Source: a bacterium
Lineage (GTDB): Bacteria > Bacillota_I > Bacilli_A > Mycoplasmatales > Mycoplasmoidaceae
Direction of reading: 5' to 3'
NCBI GenBank assembly: GCA_017448105.1
Contig: JAFSMC010000003.1
Span: forward strand, 7,360-71,359
Length of the DNA stretch: 64,000 nt
A program made the position numbers and the translations under genes. The notes under the pieces are model-generated. The model made no database searches and was not told where the DNA came from. It saw nothing but the letters and a program-made list of their open reading frames with translations. Positions 1-12,596 of this stretch are shown piece after piece. Position 1 is the first letter of the stretch; each line of letters begins with the position of its first letter.

Positions 1-270
1 AATTGCCCCTTGGTTAGAAATGTAGTTGTAACCAAAAGGTTTTAAACCTTTATCAATCTTATCAATTACTTCATAACTTAATGCAATAACGTCAACCATA
101 ACTTCTTTTGGTGTATGCTGTCAATCTGGATAATGTTTTTTAGAAATAATCACAGTATGACCATCAGCAATAGGATTAATGTCTAAAAAAGCAATAGCAT
201 TTTTATTTTCAGCCACAATATAAGCTGGGGTTTCTTTCTTAACAATTTTACAAAAAATACAATTTTCCAT
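1..270 (-). CDS. HIT (histidine-triad) family protein, N-terminal 90 codons; 3' end off-window
   Basis: ATG at 270-268. Reads MENCIFCKIVKKETPAYIVAENKNAIAFLDINPIADGHTVIISKKHYPDW..., a typical Hint/HIT N-terminus. One in-frame TGA=Trp. Frame open to position 1. Confidence 0.75.
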
Positions 271-333
271 ATTTTTCCTTTAAGCTAAAATATTTACATA
301 TTATAAAGATTAAACAATCTATTTTTGCTAACT

Positions 334-358
334 ATTCACACTAAAGATTAGTGTGAAT
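334..358. promoter_or_regulatory. perfect 10-bp inverted repeat ATTCACACTA-N5-TAGTGTGAAT between divergent HIT and mnmA
   Basis: Read directly. Lies 25 nt upstream of the mnmA ATG. No flanking T-run and no gene ends here, so it is not a terminator. Could be an operator or leader hairpin. Confidence 0.35.
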
Positions 359-382
359 GTAAAATATATATGTATTACACTT

Positions 383-1504
383 ATGGATAGTAAATTGAAA
401 GACAAAAAAGTAGTTTTAGGTTTATCAGGTGGAGTTGATTCAGCTGTTAGTTGTTATTTACTATTAAAACAAGGTTATGAAGTAATCCCTGTTTTTATGA
501 AAAATTGGGATCGCTTAATTAACCATGATGAAAAAGGGAATGAAAATAAAAATTTCGATGGTTGCGAAAGTAATGAAGACTACAAAATGGCCCAAAAAAT
601 TGCTAAACATTTCAAACTTAAACTTCATAAAGTGGAATTTATTGAACAATATTGACAAAAAGTTTTCAAATACTTTGTGAGTCAATATAAAAAATCTTTA
701 ACACCTAATCCAGATATTTTGTGTAATAAATACATCAAATTTGGTGATTTCAAAAAATATGCTGAAAAGAAATTTAAAACTGATTTTGTAGCAACTGGCC
801 ATTATGCGAAACTCAAAAAATGTAAGAATGGTGTTTATTTAACTATTCCTAAAGACAAAACTAAAGATCAAACTTACTTTCTTGCTTATTTAAATCAAAA
901 ACAACTAAAAAATGTCCTTTTTCCCTTAAACAACCACACTAAAAAAGAAGTAAGACAAATTGCTAAGAAAATTAAATTGCCTAATTGAGATAGAAAAGAC
1001 TCTATGGGAATTTGTTTTATAGGTAAAAGAAACTTCCAACAATTCTTAAATAACTATTTGCCTAGCAAACCAGGAGTAATTATTGATATTAAAACTAATA
1101 AACCTATTGGTAAACATATGGGAACGATGTATTACACTCTAGGTCAAAACAAAAGTTTACATTTATCTGGTCAACAAAGTAAATACTTTGTTTGCAAGAA
1201 AGATGTTAGAAAAAATATCATCTATGTTTGTGATGCAAAAAACAAAAATAAATATTTGTTATCAAGCCACACACAATTAAATGGGTTCAACTTTATTAAT
1301 CCAACTAATAAAAAAGAATTCAAGAACCTAAAAATAAGATTTAGACATTTACAAAAACTTATTACAGTTAAAACAATGAAATTAGTCAATGGAAAATGAA
1401 CTATTAATCATATGCCTACTTTGTCTATTACTCCTGGACAATATGCTGTAGTTTATAAAAACCATGTTTGTCTTGGCGGTGGTGAAATAGCTAAATCTTG
1501 ATAA
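383..1504 (+). CDS. mnmA: tRNA 2-thiouridine(34) synthase MnmA
   Basis: Track ORFs 353-655, 677-988 and 1004-1399 share one frame and are separated only by TGA. PP-loop [13 protein letters not shown] and [13 protein letters not shown] present. TAA at 1502-1504. ATG 383 preferred over GTG 353. Confidence 0.9.
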
Positions 1505-2293
1505 TTAAATAGCAATAGTTTTAATTTCTTTTGGTTTATTATTTTTAGAAAAAGTCATTAAAACTGCATTAAATTGATAAGGACCAGTGGCTGGTTCCAT
1601 ACGGAATTTTGTTCTTTTACTGAAGAACAATTCAATAATTTCATCTGGTTTAGCACCAATAATACCTTCTTTTGGACCAGTCATTCCAACATCAGTGATA
1701 AAGAAAGTATTTTTATAAATTTGAGCATCAGATGTTTGAACATGACTATGAGTTCCAATAATAGCTGAAACTTTATTTGCAAAACTTAATAAAAAAGCTT
1801 TCTTTTCACTAGTTGTTTCAGCATGAAAGTCAACAATATGTAAATCGTATTTTTGTTTTTGTTTTCTTAACAAATCTTCAAAAGTTTGAAAAGGATTAGT
1901 AGTTTTAAAACGGTTAAAACATTGTGTTGAAACTAAATTAGTAATACAAATTTTACGTTTCTTACAAATAAACACTTTTGATCCACAACCTATTTTTCCT
2001 TCTTTAGTGGAACACACAATATTTAAAGGTCTAACAATTTTATCTGCTTTTTCTAATGTTTCAAAAACATACATATGGTCATATGTATGATTACCCATTG
2101 TAAAAACATCGATCCCACAATTTGACAATTGTTCATAATGTTGAAGGTTTAAACTTCTACCATGTGTACAATTTTCAGCATTAGCAATAACAAAATCAAC
2201 CTTATATTTCTTTCTTAATAAAGGAATTTGTTTAAAGCAAGCTTCACGTCCTGCTTTTGCAAAAATATCACCAATAAATAAAATTTTGAACAT
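1505..2293 (-). CDS. ymdB: YmdB-like metallophosphoesterase (TIGR00282 family)
   Basis: Intact 262-aa ORF. MFKILFIGDIFAKAGR...ANAENCTHG...GNHTYDH metallophosphoesterase motifs. Confidence 0.8.
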   Translation of the reverse strand: MFKILFIGDIFAKAGREACFKQIPLLRKKYKVDFVIANAENCTHGRSLNLQHYEQLSNCGIDVFTMGNHTYDHMYVFETLEKADKIVRPLNIVCSTKEGKIGCGSKVFICKKRKICITNLVSTQCFNRFKTTNPFQTFEDLLRKQKQKYDLHIVDFHAETTSEKKAFLLSFANKVSAIIGTHSHVQTSDAQIYKNTFFITDVGMTGPKEGIIGAKPDEIIELFFSKRTKFRMEPATGPYQFNAVLMTFSKNNKPKEIKTIAI

Positions 2294-2301
2294 TCTTAAA
2301 C

Positions 2302-2844
2302 CTAGTTATTATGAATTACTATATTGACTCTAGTTTTCTTACCAAAATCAATATCATTATAATTGCTAAATTTATAAGCTAATGAGATCGTAATAACATG
2401 AGGATTTTGCTGCAAATATGATAAGAAAATATGATTAGATGGATAAATAGCTATTTCATTTCTGTTATTGTAAGCAATAGTTGGTAAAACTACACAACCA
2501 ATTTCATCAGAGATTATATGCTTGTGTAATTTAGGTTTAGGCATTTTTATATTTCAAAAATAATCATATTTAAAATCTAAAGATTCAATAGCTATGTAGC
2601 TAACATGTTTATTTGCATCAACATGTAATAAACATACTTTTTGGTTATTATTTAGCAGATATTCAATGATTTTTTTAGTATCTGGCTCATTTTCTTGCGG
2701 CCAATACACCAATAAATACTTGTCAATATTTAAACTTGAAACTTTATCAACAAAATTTTCATAAATTTCTTGATCAAGTTGAACTTTTTCATCTTCGAGT
2801 AAGTTTCAATGTTTTTTATAACAATCTAAAATATTAAATTTCAT
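2302..2844 (-). CDS. possible 5-formyltetrahydrofolate cyclo-ligase family protein
   Basis: 180 codons after reading 2 TGA as Trp. ATG at 2844. Weak resemblance only (size; ...VVLPTIAYNNRNEIAIY...). Confidence 0.4.
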
Positions 2845-2852
2845 TATTTAAC

Positions 2853-5030
2853 TCATTTTAAAGCTTTATGGGTGGCAATAATTGTCTTACGACCATATGG
2901 CTTTTTAAATAATATATCAAGCAAATCACCATTTTTATCAATAATTGTACCCATGCCAAAAACAGTGTGAACAACAATATCACCAACATTAAATTTATAG
3001 GTGTTGGTAAAGTTGTTTACAAATTTATTCTCACTAAAACTATTGACTTTTGAGTTAAAGAAATCATTATTGCTTCTATAAGTAGACTTATATTTTCTAA
3101 AGACTCTTTGATAATTGTTTTTACCTATTTCTTCTAAGAATCTTGAAGGGACTATTTCATTGCGACCAAAATTTAAATTAGAACATGTTATGTATAAGTA
3201 GTTAATTGCTCTTGTCATTCCAACATATGCAATTCGCCTTTCTTCTTTAATTGCTTCAATTCCTGCCATAATTGCCTTAGAGGAAGGTAAATAGTTTTCA
3301 TTAAAATTAACAAGGAAAACTGCGTTATATTCTTTGCCTTTAGCGGCATGAATAGTCATTAATTGCACTGAAGGAACTTTACTCGCTCTCATTTTATCAT
3401 TAGAAGTTAATAAACTTAATTCATTTATTCAATCAAGAACAGTAACTTTAGGATTTTTAGATAAATATACTGACAAACTATTCTTAAGTTCCATAATGTT
3501 GTCTCATCTACTTTCAAAATCTTCACCAAAACTTTCAAGATATTTTTTGTAATGTGTTTTTTCAATCACAATATCAATTCACTTATCATATGCAGTTTGC
3601 TCAATTTCTTTTTTAATGACAGCCAATAAATTCAAAAAGTCACAAACTTTTGCTTTTGTAGCTTTGGATAATTGTTCAATTTTATCATAATTAGTAAGGG
3701 CTGAATAGAAAGTAAAATTACTTTTTCTAGCTCATTCTTGTATTTTTTTTACAGTTTCTTCACCAATAGCTCGCTTAGGAACATTAATAATTCTTAATAA
3801 ACTAAGATCATCAAATCGGAAAATAGCTTTAAAGTAAGACAATAAATCTTTAATTTCCATTCTTTGATAGAATGGCACGTCGCCATACACAACGTATGGG
3901 ATTTGGTTCATAATTAAAGTTTCCTCAATTTTTCTTGAAGAAAAATTGGCACGATATAAAACTGCAATATCACTATACTTTATTCCAGTTTTATTTAAAT
4001 CAATGATTGTTTTAACAACAAATGATGATTCATCATCATATGAATGACCAACAAAACATTTAACATCATAGTTGTGTGGGTTGACTGCCACAAGTGGATT
4101 TTCGAATGTCTCATGGTTGTGAGCAATCAAACTATTTGCTGCATTAATAATCTTTTGGGTAGAACGGTAATTTCTTTCTAGATTAACTAACTGATATTTT
4201 TTTTGTCATGTAACAAAATCATCAAATATTTTTGGATAAGCACCACGCCATGTGTAAATTGTTTGATGTGGGTCACCAACAACAAAAATATTATTAGTTT
4301 TTTCATTTGTTAATCATTTTATGATTAAAAATTGTTTGTAATTTGTATCTTGAAATTCATCAACAAGCACATAATCAAATTTATTTTGTCATTTCTTAAC
4401 TATTGTTGGATACCTTTCAAAGATTTGGCAAACAAAATTAATCAAATCATTAAAATCAAGCATGTTGTTTTTCTTTAAGTAATCACAATAATAAAAATAA
4501 ACTTTTAAAACTAAATCAATTTGATTAGCATCAACAATATTAGTTTTGTTGTATAGCTCACTATATCCTTTGGAAACATCAACATCAGTTAATTTAATAA
4601 GTTCAATAACTTCAAGAATTTTTTTTGGTGATAAAAATAATGGTAAAGAAAGATTGTGATCTTCAATTATTTTCTTAGTAATGTTTAATTGATCTTCTCC
4701 ATCAACAATCACAAAGTCTCTACTATAATCCAAAACTTCAATTTCTTGTTTTAAAATCTTTAAACATAAAGCATGGTAAGTATTTACTCAATTAAATGAA
4801 ATACCAGGAAAAGAATTGTTAAGACGATTTTTCATTTCTTCCGTCGCTTTATTAGAAAAAGTAATGGCTAAAATTCTTGACGGATTAACAAAATGATTGC
4901 TAACCAAGTTAGCAATTCTTTGAGTTAAAACATGTGTTTTACCAGTTCCAGCACCGGCAATAACCAAAACTGGACCTCTTATGGTTTGAACTGCTTTCAT
5001 TTGATTTAAATTCAAACCTTCAAAGTCCAT
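2853..5030 (-). CDS. pcrA: ATP-dependent DNA helicase PcrA/UvrD
   Basis: Four same-frame track ORFs joined across TGA (725 aa). Walker A AGAGTGKTHVLTQRIA. UvrD-type C-terminal motifs (TIHAAKGKEY, VGMTRA). Confidence 0.9.
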
Positions 5031-5785
5031 TAGATATCACTTTCTAATCGATCAAGCAATGAGGTATTAACATCACCGGGTAAATCATAATTAGTTTTGG
5101 TTATTGATTGTTCTTTTTTTGATTTAAAAGTTATTTTTTTGTCAATATTAGCAGTTCTAACAACAAATAGATGTGAAAACTTATCATGTCACAATGGTTT
5201 GTTATTAACAATAAATAAATTAATAACTATTGAAAAGAAAATAAGAAAGAAAACATAATAAAAATATTTGAAAGTTAAACCTAAATAATAAAATGAAATA
5301 TTTTGATTGTTCATTTTGTGCATAAAACTGGTCATACTTTCATTCAAAATTTTTAAGTCTTGATAGCCAATCAAACTAAATGTTACCCCTATAACAAGTG
5401 AAATTAACATAATGATGATTCACACAAACATTTCATGTTTCAATAATGATAAAAATTTGTTTTTCTTTCTGTTCTCAAAATAAAACTTTAATTTGAAGAT
5501 CTTCATTCCAATTGTTTGTCAACCAAATAACATTGGAAAACAAATAAAAAAGAAAAATGAAAAAATTAGACCAACCAAACTTACAAAGAAATAACGAATT
5601 GGTTGAGCTAGTTCTAAACTTCGCCAAGAAAATTTACTATCAGTAATTAAAATGATAATACCTAAAGATATTGTAACTGTTGAAACAATAAAAATATCAA
5701 CAAACCGAGCAAAAAATCTTGATCATGATGAAGGAAAATGAAAATTTGACAAAGAAATAGATAAATCTTGTTTATTTACTGCCAT
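5030..5785 (-). CDS. RDD-family membrane protein
   Basis: 251 codons in table 4. SRFFARFVDIFIV and GWQTIGMKIFKLKF motifs plus several hydrophobic helices. Its TAA overlaps the pcrA ATG (TAATG). Confidence 0.55.
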
Positions 5786-6776
5786 TAAAAATTCCTGACT
5801 TAATTGCTTGACTTACATAAAAACGGAATGGTTTAAATTTTCTTATATATGACAAATATTTTTTGTTATTTCGATTGTTTTTGGGGTTAAGTCAGATGTT
5901 TTTAGACCAATCTTGAGCATAAGTGTTAATTGTTTGAGTAACAAAATCAATAGCTCTTTTTTGAATATTAGATTTCTTTGGATAGTTTTTAAAAATAGTA
6001 ACCAAAAAATGATGCAACAAATAAACAAGACATAAATATTCTATTTCCATAGCATGTTTATTTTCAAAAGTATTTTTCGTTTGAATTCTTTCAAAAATAG
6101 GAATACATTGTTCATACAGATCAAAAATGTTGTACCAAACATTTTTCAATCTTGTATATTTAGCAAGTTGTTGGTTAATTTTAAACCATTCAGGTTGACT
6201 TTTAGCAACATCTAAATAAAACTGCAATGGATAAGAATGGAAGTTTGTTTGGAAAATCTTTTTTGTTTTCAGAAAGTGTTTATTAAAAATACAATTACTT
6301 AAAATTCGCACAAATCCAGAAGAAAAGTCTTCATGAATAGTTTGAATCTTAACATATGGTTTTGTTACTGAATATGGTATTTTTTCAACAAAAAAATTAA
6401 GCATTGAAACATTATCTTTTCTTTTTTGTAGGAATTTATTCACACATTCAACAAAATTTTCTTTTAAAGTGATGGCAGCATCACAAAAATACCCAAAAGG
6501 TGTAAAAATATTTTGAAAGGCATGATTAAAAGCATAAGCACTACCTAATTCGTCAAAGAAAAAGATATAGTTAGTGCGAATATGTTTATTAGGAAAGTTA
6601 TTTTTTTTAACTTCATCAACTAAATTTTGAGAATAACCATCAAAAATGAACAATAAATTAAAATCATAAGAAGTTTGATTATTAATAGAACTAATCAATT
6701 CTTTGACTTTGTCAATAGGAAAACTTAGATTTAGATAAATAATAATGGTCAATAATCTAGCTTTTGTACTTTTCAT
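5772..6776 (-). CDS. glycosyltransferase family 2-like protein
   Basis: ORF 5892-6776 continues through TGA to TAA at 5772 (334 aa). LTIIIYLN...LISSINNQTSYDFNLLFIFDGYS resembles a GT-A N-terminus. Overlaps the downstream start by 14 nt. Confidence 0.6.
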
Positions 6777-7086
6777 TGCTTTTATCGCTTTCTTGTTTGT
6801 TTGTTTTTGATGCAGAATTATTTACTTTTTTAGAAACATCAAAAAGACTAGACAAATCACCACTAGGAACTAAATCTTTTAATTGGTCTAACAAACTTGA
6901 TAAGTTACCACTTTTAAAGTTTTCAGTTAATTTATTAGTGCTAACAAAACTTTTTAAGATTGTGGCAACAAAGTCATCAAAAGTTTGACAATTCAAGCTA
7001 GTAAGTTTAGAACTTTGAATTTTCTTCCATTCTTCAAATAATTCTTGATATATTTTATCTTCAAGTTCAATAATAATTTTCTTCAT
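6757..7086 (-). CDS. hypothetical 109-aa protein, first gene of the pcrA operon
   Basis: Intact ORF with acidic/Ser-Lys-rich tail. Overlaps the GT2 start by 20 nt. No recognisable motif. Confidence 0.5.
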   Translation of the reverse strand: MKKIIIELEDKIYQELFEEWKKIQSSKLTSLNCQTFDDFVATILKSFVSTNKLTENFKSGNLSSLLDQLKDLVPSGDLSSLFDVSKKVNNSASKTNKQESDKSNEKYKS

Positions 7087-7105
7087 AAAATAAATATTTC
7101 CTTAA

Positions 7106-7135
7106 GTGACATTTTTTTTAATAAATTATTATAAT
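7106..7135 (+). promoter_or_regulatory. candidate sigma-70-type promoter for serS (GTGACA-N18-TATAAT)
   Basis: TATAAT at 7130-7135, 30 nt before the serS ATG. -35-like GTGACA at 7106-7111. AAGGA Shine-Dalgarno at about 7152. Confidence 0.3.
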
Positions 7136-7164
7136 TTATTTACTAATAAATAAGGATTATACAT

Positions 7165-8430
<1,266 letters not shown>

Positions 8431-8432
8431 TA

Positions 8433-9113
8433 ATGCAAAAAAAGAAGAGAAAAGGTTTACTAATTACTTTTGAAGGACCTGATGGTTCAGGTAAAACTAC
8501 TATTGCTTTAAAAATTGCTGAATGATTACAAAAGAAAATTGATGGTAGAGGCCCAACAAAAATTTTTTATACCCGTGAACCTGGTGGAAAAAACAATGTT
8601 ATTGCTGAAGATATTAGAAATATTCTTTTAAACAAAATTGAATATAACATTACTCCTATGGTTGAAACTTTATTGTTTGCCGCTAGTCGTGCACAACATG
8701 TTCATGACTTCATTGAGCCACATTTGTTTAAAAATCACATTGTTTTGTGTGACCGTTTTATACATTCAAGTATTGTTTATCAAGGAATAGGTAGAAACAT
8801 TGGGATTAACATAGTAAAAGCTATTAATCAATTTGCTACTAATGGTATTGAACCAGATATTACTTTTGTTTTAATGTTAAAGCCAACTATTGGTTTAAAA
8901 CGGATCATGAATAATACAAGCAGAGAACAAAATAGACTTGACAAAGAAAAATTAGCTTTACATAATCTTGTTTATCAAGGGTATAAAAAACTAATTAAGA
9001 AATATCCTAAGAAAATGATTCCTATTAATGCTAATCAATCAATTAATGATGTTCTTAAAGACATCAAACCATATATTGAAAAATTAATCCAACAAAAAAA
9101 GTATCATGGTTAA
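8433..9113 (+). CDS. tmk: thymidylate kinase
   Basis: LITFEGPDGSGKTT P-loop. ATG 8433 lies 2 nt after the serS stop. Confidence 0.9.
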
Positions 9114-9912
9114 TCAAATCCTTGCTTTAGCTCAAAAGCCACATGCTATTATCATCAAATTAACTTCTTTATCATCATTGGATGATTTTTTAAAACAATA
9201 TATTAAATCAATCGTTTGTGACAAGAAACCTGCATGTAACAAATGTCAATGATGTAAAAAAGTTGATTTGAATGGCTATTATGACCTAAGAGTTTTTGAT
9301 GCTTTTGAAATGAAAAAACAAGATACATTAAACCTAAAAAATTTTTTTTCAAAGATAGGTTTAGAAAGCAAAAACAAAAAGTTCTACGTGATTAAAAACA
9401 TCGAAAATGTTAATAAACAAGTAGCAAATGGTCTTTTAAAATTTATTGAAGAACCACCAAAAGATGTTTATGCAATCTTTACAACTAAAGCATTCAACTG
9501 TATCTTACCAACTATTAGAAGTAGATGTTTAGCTTTTGCTTTAAAAGCTGATGATGAGAAAATAAATAAAATTTTATCAAAACAGAATAAACAGACTCAA
9601 GATTTTTTCTTTTCTTTAGCACAAAAACAATTTATTGATCTATCTAATCTTGAAAAATATGTCAAAATTTACTCAAAAAATATTAAGAATGTTGAATACT
9701 TACTTTCACAAAACTATTTAAAAGTAACTAATGATGTTTTAAACTTTTTAAAAAAGAGCGAAATTAATGAAATCAATTTCTTTTTAGAAATCATTAAACA
9801 AAAAGTTGATCTTAAGACTGCTTTAGCAATTTCAAAAATGCAAAATTTGCTTTCATTGAATCTTAACCAATCACTTCTTTTAAATAATTTGCTAAAATTA
9901 CTTAAACATTAA
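9106..9912 (+). CDS. holB: DNA polymerase III delta' subunit
   Basis: Zinc module CDKKPACNKCQWCKKV. FIEEPP and PTIRSRC motifs. Overlaps tmk by 8 nt. Confidence 0.8.
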
Positions 9913-9919
9913 AAATCAT

Positions 9920-11248
9920 ATGAAAACCATTGTTGCTTTAGCTACTGCTCCATTAAATTGTGCCATTCACATTATCCGCGTAAGTGGTAATAAAGCTTAT
10001 CAAATTGTTAATGCAATCACTCAACAAAGAGTAACCAAAGTTGGTTACTCTTTGCAAAGAGTAATTATTACCAATAAAAAGAAACAAATTATTGATGATG
10101 TTATTCTTGCTAAATACGTTTCCCCAAAATCATATACTGGTGAAGATATCGTAGAAATTAATTGTCATGGTGGCGTATTTGTTGCCAACCAAATCTTGCA
10201 ATTATTAGTCGCTAATGGTGCTGTTTATGCTAAACATGGTGAATTTACCCAAAGAGCTCTTTTAAATGGTAAGATTGACCTATTGAAAGCTAATGGGGTT
10301 AATAACATTATTAATTCCATGAATTTTACTGCCTTGCAAATTTCTCATAATAGCTTAAATGGTAATTTGTCTAAAGAAATAAGGCAAATTAAAGATGACA
10401 TCTTTAAAATCATTGGCAATATTGAAATAAATATTGATTATCCAGAATATGAAGATTACGAAGATCTAACAACTAATGTCTTGTTAAAAAAACTTAAACC
10501 AATCAAAAAACAGCTTCATAAGCTTTTAGACTACTCTATTATTGCCAACAAAATAACTTATGGAATCAAAATTGCCATTATTGGCAAAACCAATGTTGGT
10601 AAATCAAGTATTTTAAATCTTATTCTTAATGAAAATAAAGCTATTGTTTCCAACATCCCAGGAACAACTAGAGATCTTGTGGAAGGTAAAATAAACTATA
10701 AAAATTTAACTCTAAACTTTATTGATACTGCCGGAATTAGAAAACATTCTAATCAACTAGAACTAATTGGAATTAAAAAAAGTTATGAACAAATGAAAAT
10801 TGTTGATTTAATCTTATTTGTTACAGATGCAAGTAAACCTATTACTCCATTTGAACAATCACTTTTAAAACAAATTAAAAATAAACCACATTTAATTATT
10901 AAAAACAAATGTGATCTAGGTAAAAAGAATGCCATTGAAGGTTTTAACTTTTCATGCAAGAAAGATAAAATTAAATCTTTATTGGATGAAATTGTTAAAA
11001 CCCTAAACTTTAGCGAAATAAATAACACTAATTTGACCTTTGTCCAAACCGTCCAAGAAATTGGTAACTTGAAAAAAATTATTAATACTATTAATAATAT
11101 TGAAGTTTCAATCAAAAAGAAACAACCAATTGACTTGATCGTAGAAGACATTTATCAAATTGATCAATACTTAGCTGATCTTTTAGGTGAAAATAAGAAT
11201 ATTGATTTTTTAGAAAAAATGTTTAAAAACTTCTGTATTGGTAAATAA
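9920..11248 (+). CDS. mnmE: tRNA modification GTPase MnmE
   Basis: Intact 442-aa ORF. GKTNVGKSS, DTAG and the C-terminal FCIGK motif. Confidence 0.95.
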   Translation: MKTIVALATAPLNCAIHIIRVSGNKAYQIVNAITQQRVTKVGYSLQRVIITNKKKQIIDDVILAKYVSPKSYTGEDIVEINCHGGVFVANQILQLLVANGAVYAKHGEFTQRALLNGKIDLLKANGVNNIINSMNFTALQISHNSLNGNLSKEIRQIKDDIFKIIGNIEINIDYPEYEDYEDLTTNVLLKKLKPIKKQLHKLLDYSIIANKITYGIKIAIIGKTNVGKSSILNLILNENKAIVSNIPGTTRDLVEGKINYKNLTLNFIDTAGIRKHSNQLELIGIKKSYEQMKIVDLILFVTDASKPITPFEQSLLKQIKNKPHLIIKNKCDLGKKNAIEGFNFSCKKDKIKSLLDEIVKTLNFSEINNTNLTFVQTVQEIGNLKKIINTINNIEVSIKKKQPIDLIVEDIYQIDQYLADLLGENKNIDFLEKMFKNFCIGK

Positions 11249-11265
11249 TTAACAAAGGGGCTATT

Positions 11266-12150
11266 ATGATTGGATTTAATAAAAAAAAAATTGGTTTTAT
11301 TGTTGACTCATCAAGTAATATAAAAAACAATGATTATGATGATGTAAAAGTAATTCCATTAGGAATAATCATTAATGAAAATGGTAAGACTACCAATTAC
11401 TCGGACGAGCCATCACAAATAACTTGATCTACTTTAAAAGAAAAACTGATGCAAAAGAAAATTGGTGTTAAAACTAGCCAAGCTAATATGAATCAAATGA
11501 TTACTGCAGCTGCTGAAATGACTAAAAAGTACGACCAAGTAATTGTTTTACCAATTCATCGTGGATTAAGTGGTAATGCTAATTCATGATCAATAATTAA
11601 AGATGAATTTAATGGCAAACTATGTCTTAACTATGTCGACGATATATGCTTTGGTTATGTATGAGATATTGAAATTATCAAACAAGAGCTTAAGAAAAAA
11701 ACATATAATGAACAACAGCTACAAGATTTTATTAACAAGAATATCATAGGCTCAAGAGTAGGCTATTTAATTGTTAATGACCTTTCTAGACTAATTGCTG
11801 GCGGTAGAGTTAAAAATTCTACTGGTTTATTAGCCAAATTATTTAAAATTAAACCCATCATCTTATTAGATAAAACAGGTCTAAACTTCTTAGATAGAGT
11901 TAAAACCTTTAAAAATTACTTTGAGATAGTTAAGAAGGACTTAAATAACAGATTCAAAGGGACAACTATTAAAAGAGCAATTATCTTCACTCCTGAAGAC
12001 TACAAACAAAATAAGTATTTCCCAGAATTTTATGATAGTTTTAAGTTAACTTTTCCTAAATTAGACCATGTAATAAAAAGTATGTCCAATGTGATTACTT
12101 GTCACACTGGACATGACTTTTTTGCTTGTTATTTTGAAGTTAAGAAATAA
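11266..12150 (+). CDS. DegV-family fatty-acid-binding protein
   Basis: Absent from the track because of several TGA. MIGFNKKKIGFIVDSSSN... typical DegV start. 294 aa. AAAGGGG SD upstream. Confidence 0.8.
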
Positions 12151-12477
12151 TTATTTCTTACTTGATGTTGATTTGGTAACACGTTTCTTACGTGTTTCTA
12201 CTTTTTTTAAGAAATCAATATATTCTTGTTTATCTTTAATAAATCAATCGGCAGGAAGTTTTGATTGAGAGTAAGCACGACATTTTTTTGCCCATGCTCT
12301 TTGTCTAATTACATTATCTTTTTCTTTTTGGGCTGGTCAGAATCAATCTGGTAGATTATTTTCATCTTGATATGTTTCTTGTTTCTGAATTCAACGAACT
12401 TTTCTAAATTCATTTCATTCATCATCATTCATTTTTTCAATTTGGTTAATTGTATATGTTACTTTTTTGTTTTCCAT
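12151..12477 (-). CDS. hypothetical Trp-rich basic 108-aa protein
   Basis: Invisible in the track (5 in-frame TGA). Hand translation: MENKKVTYTINQIEKMNDDEWNEFRKVRWIQKQ...KKRVTKSTSSKK. Abuts degV convergently. Confidence 0.5.
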
Positions 12478-12549
12478 AATACTTTTTAATTTCTACTTAT
12501 TTATCATTAAATAATATTATAGTATATATGTTATTAAGCACTTTGTAAC

Positions 12550-12585
12550 TACATATATTTATAAATAAATATATGTAATTTTTTT
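12550..12585. terminator. perfect 12-bp AT-rich inverted repeat (TACATATATTTA-taaa-TAAATATATGTA) followed by A+T7 on the + strand
   Basis: Read directly. Sits between the scpB stop (12597) and the 108-aa gene start (12477). The T-run is on the + strand only, so the direction of action is unclear. Confidence 0.3.
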
Positions 12586-12596
12586 AAAAGTAAGTC

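Noticed and set aside
10783-11151. 122-aa ORF antisense to mnmE, together with similar antisense or off-frame track ORFs: 1574-1768, 5843-6028, 6764-6988, 13044-13226, 15071-15304, 20160-20423, 22294-22479, 23046-23264, 23759-23941
   Set aside because: Each lies wholly inside a well-supported conserved gene on the other strand or frame. Their low-complexity, Leu/Ile/Phe/Ser-rich translations are typical of shadow ORFs in AT-rich DNA.
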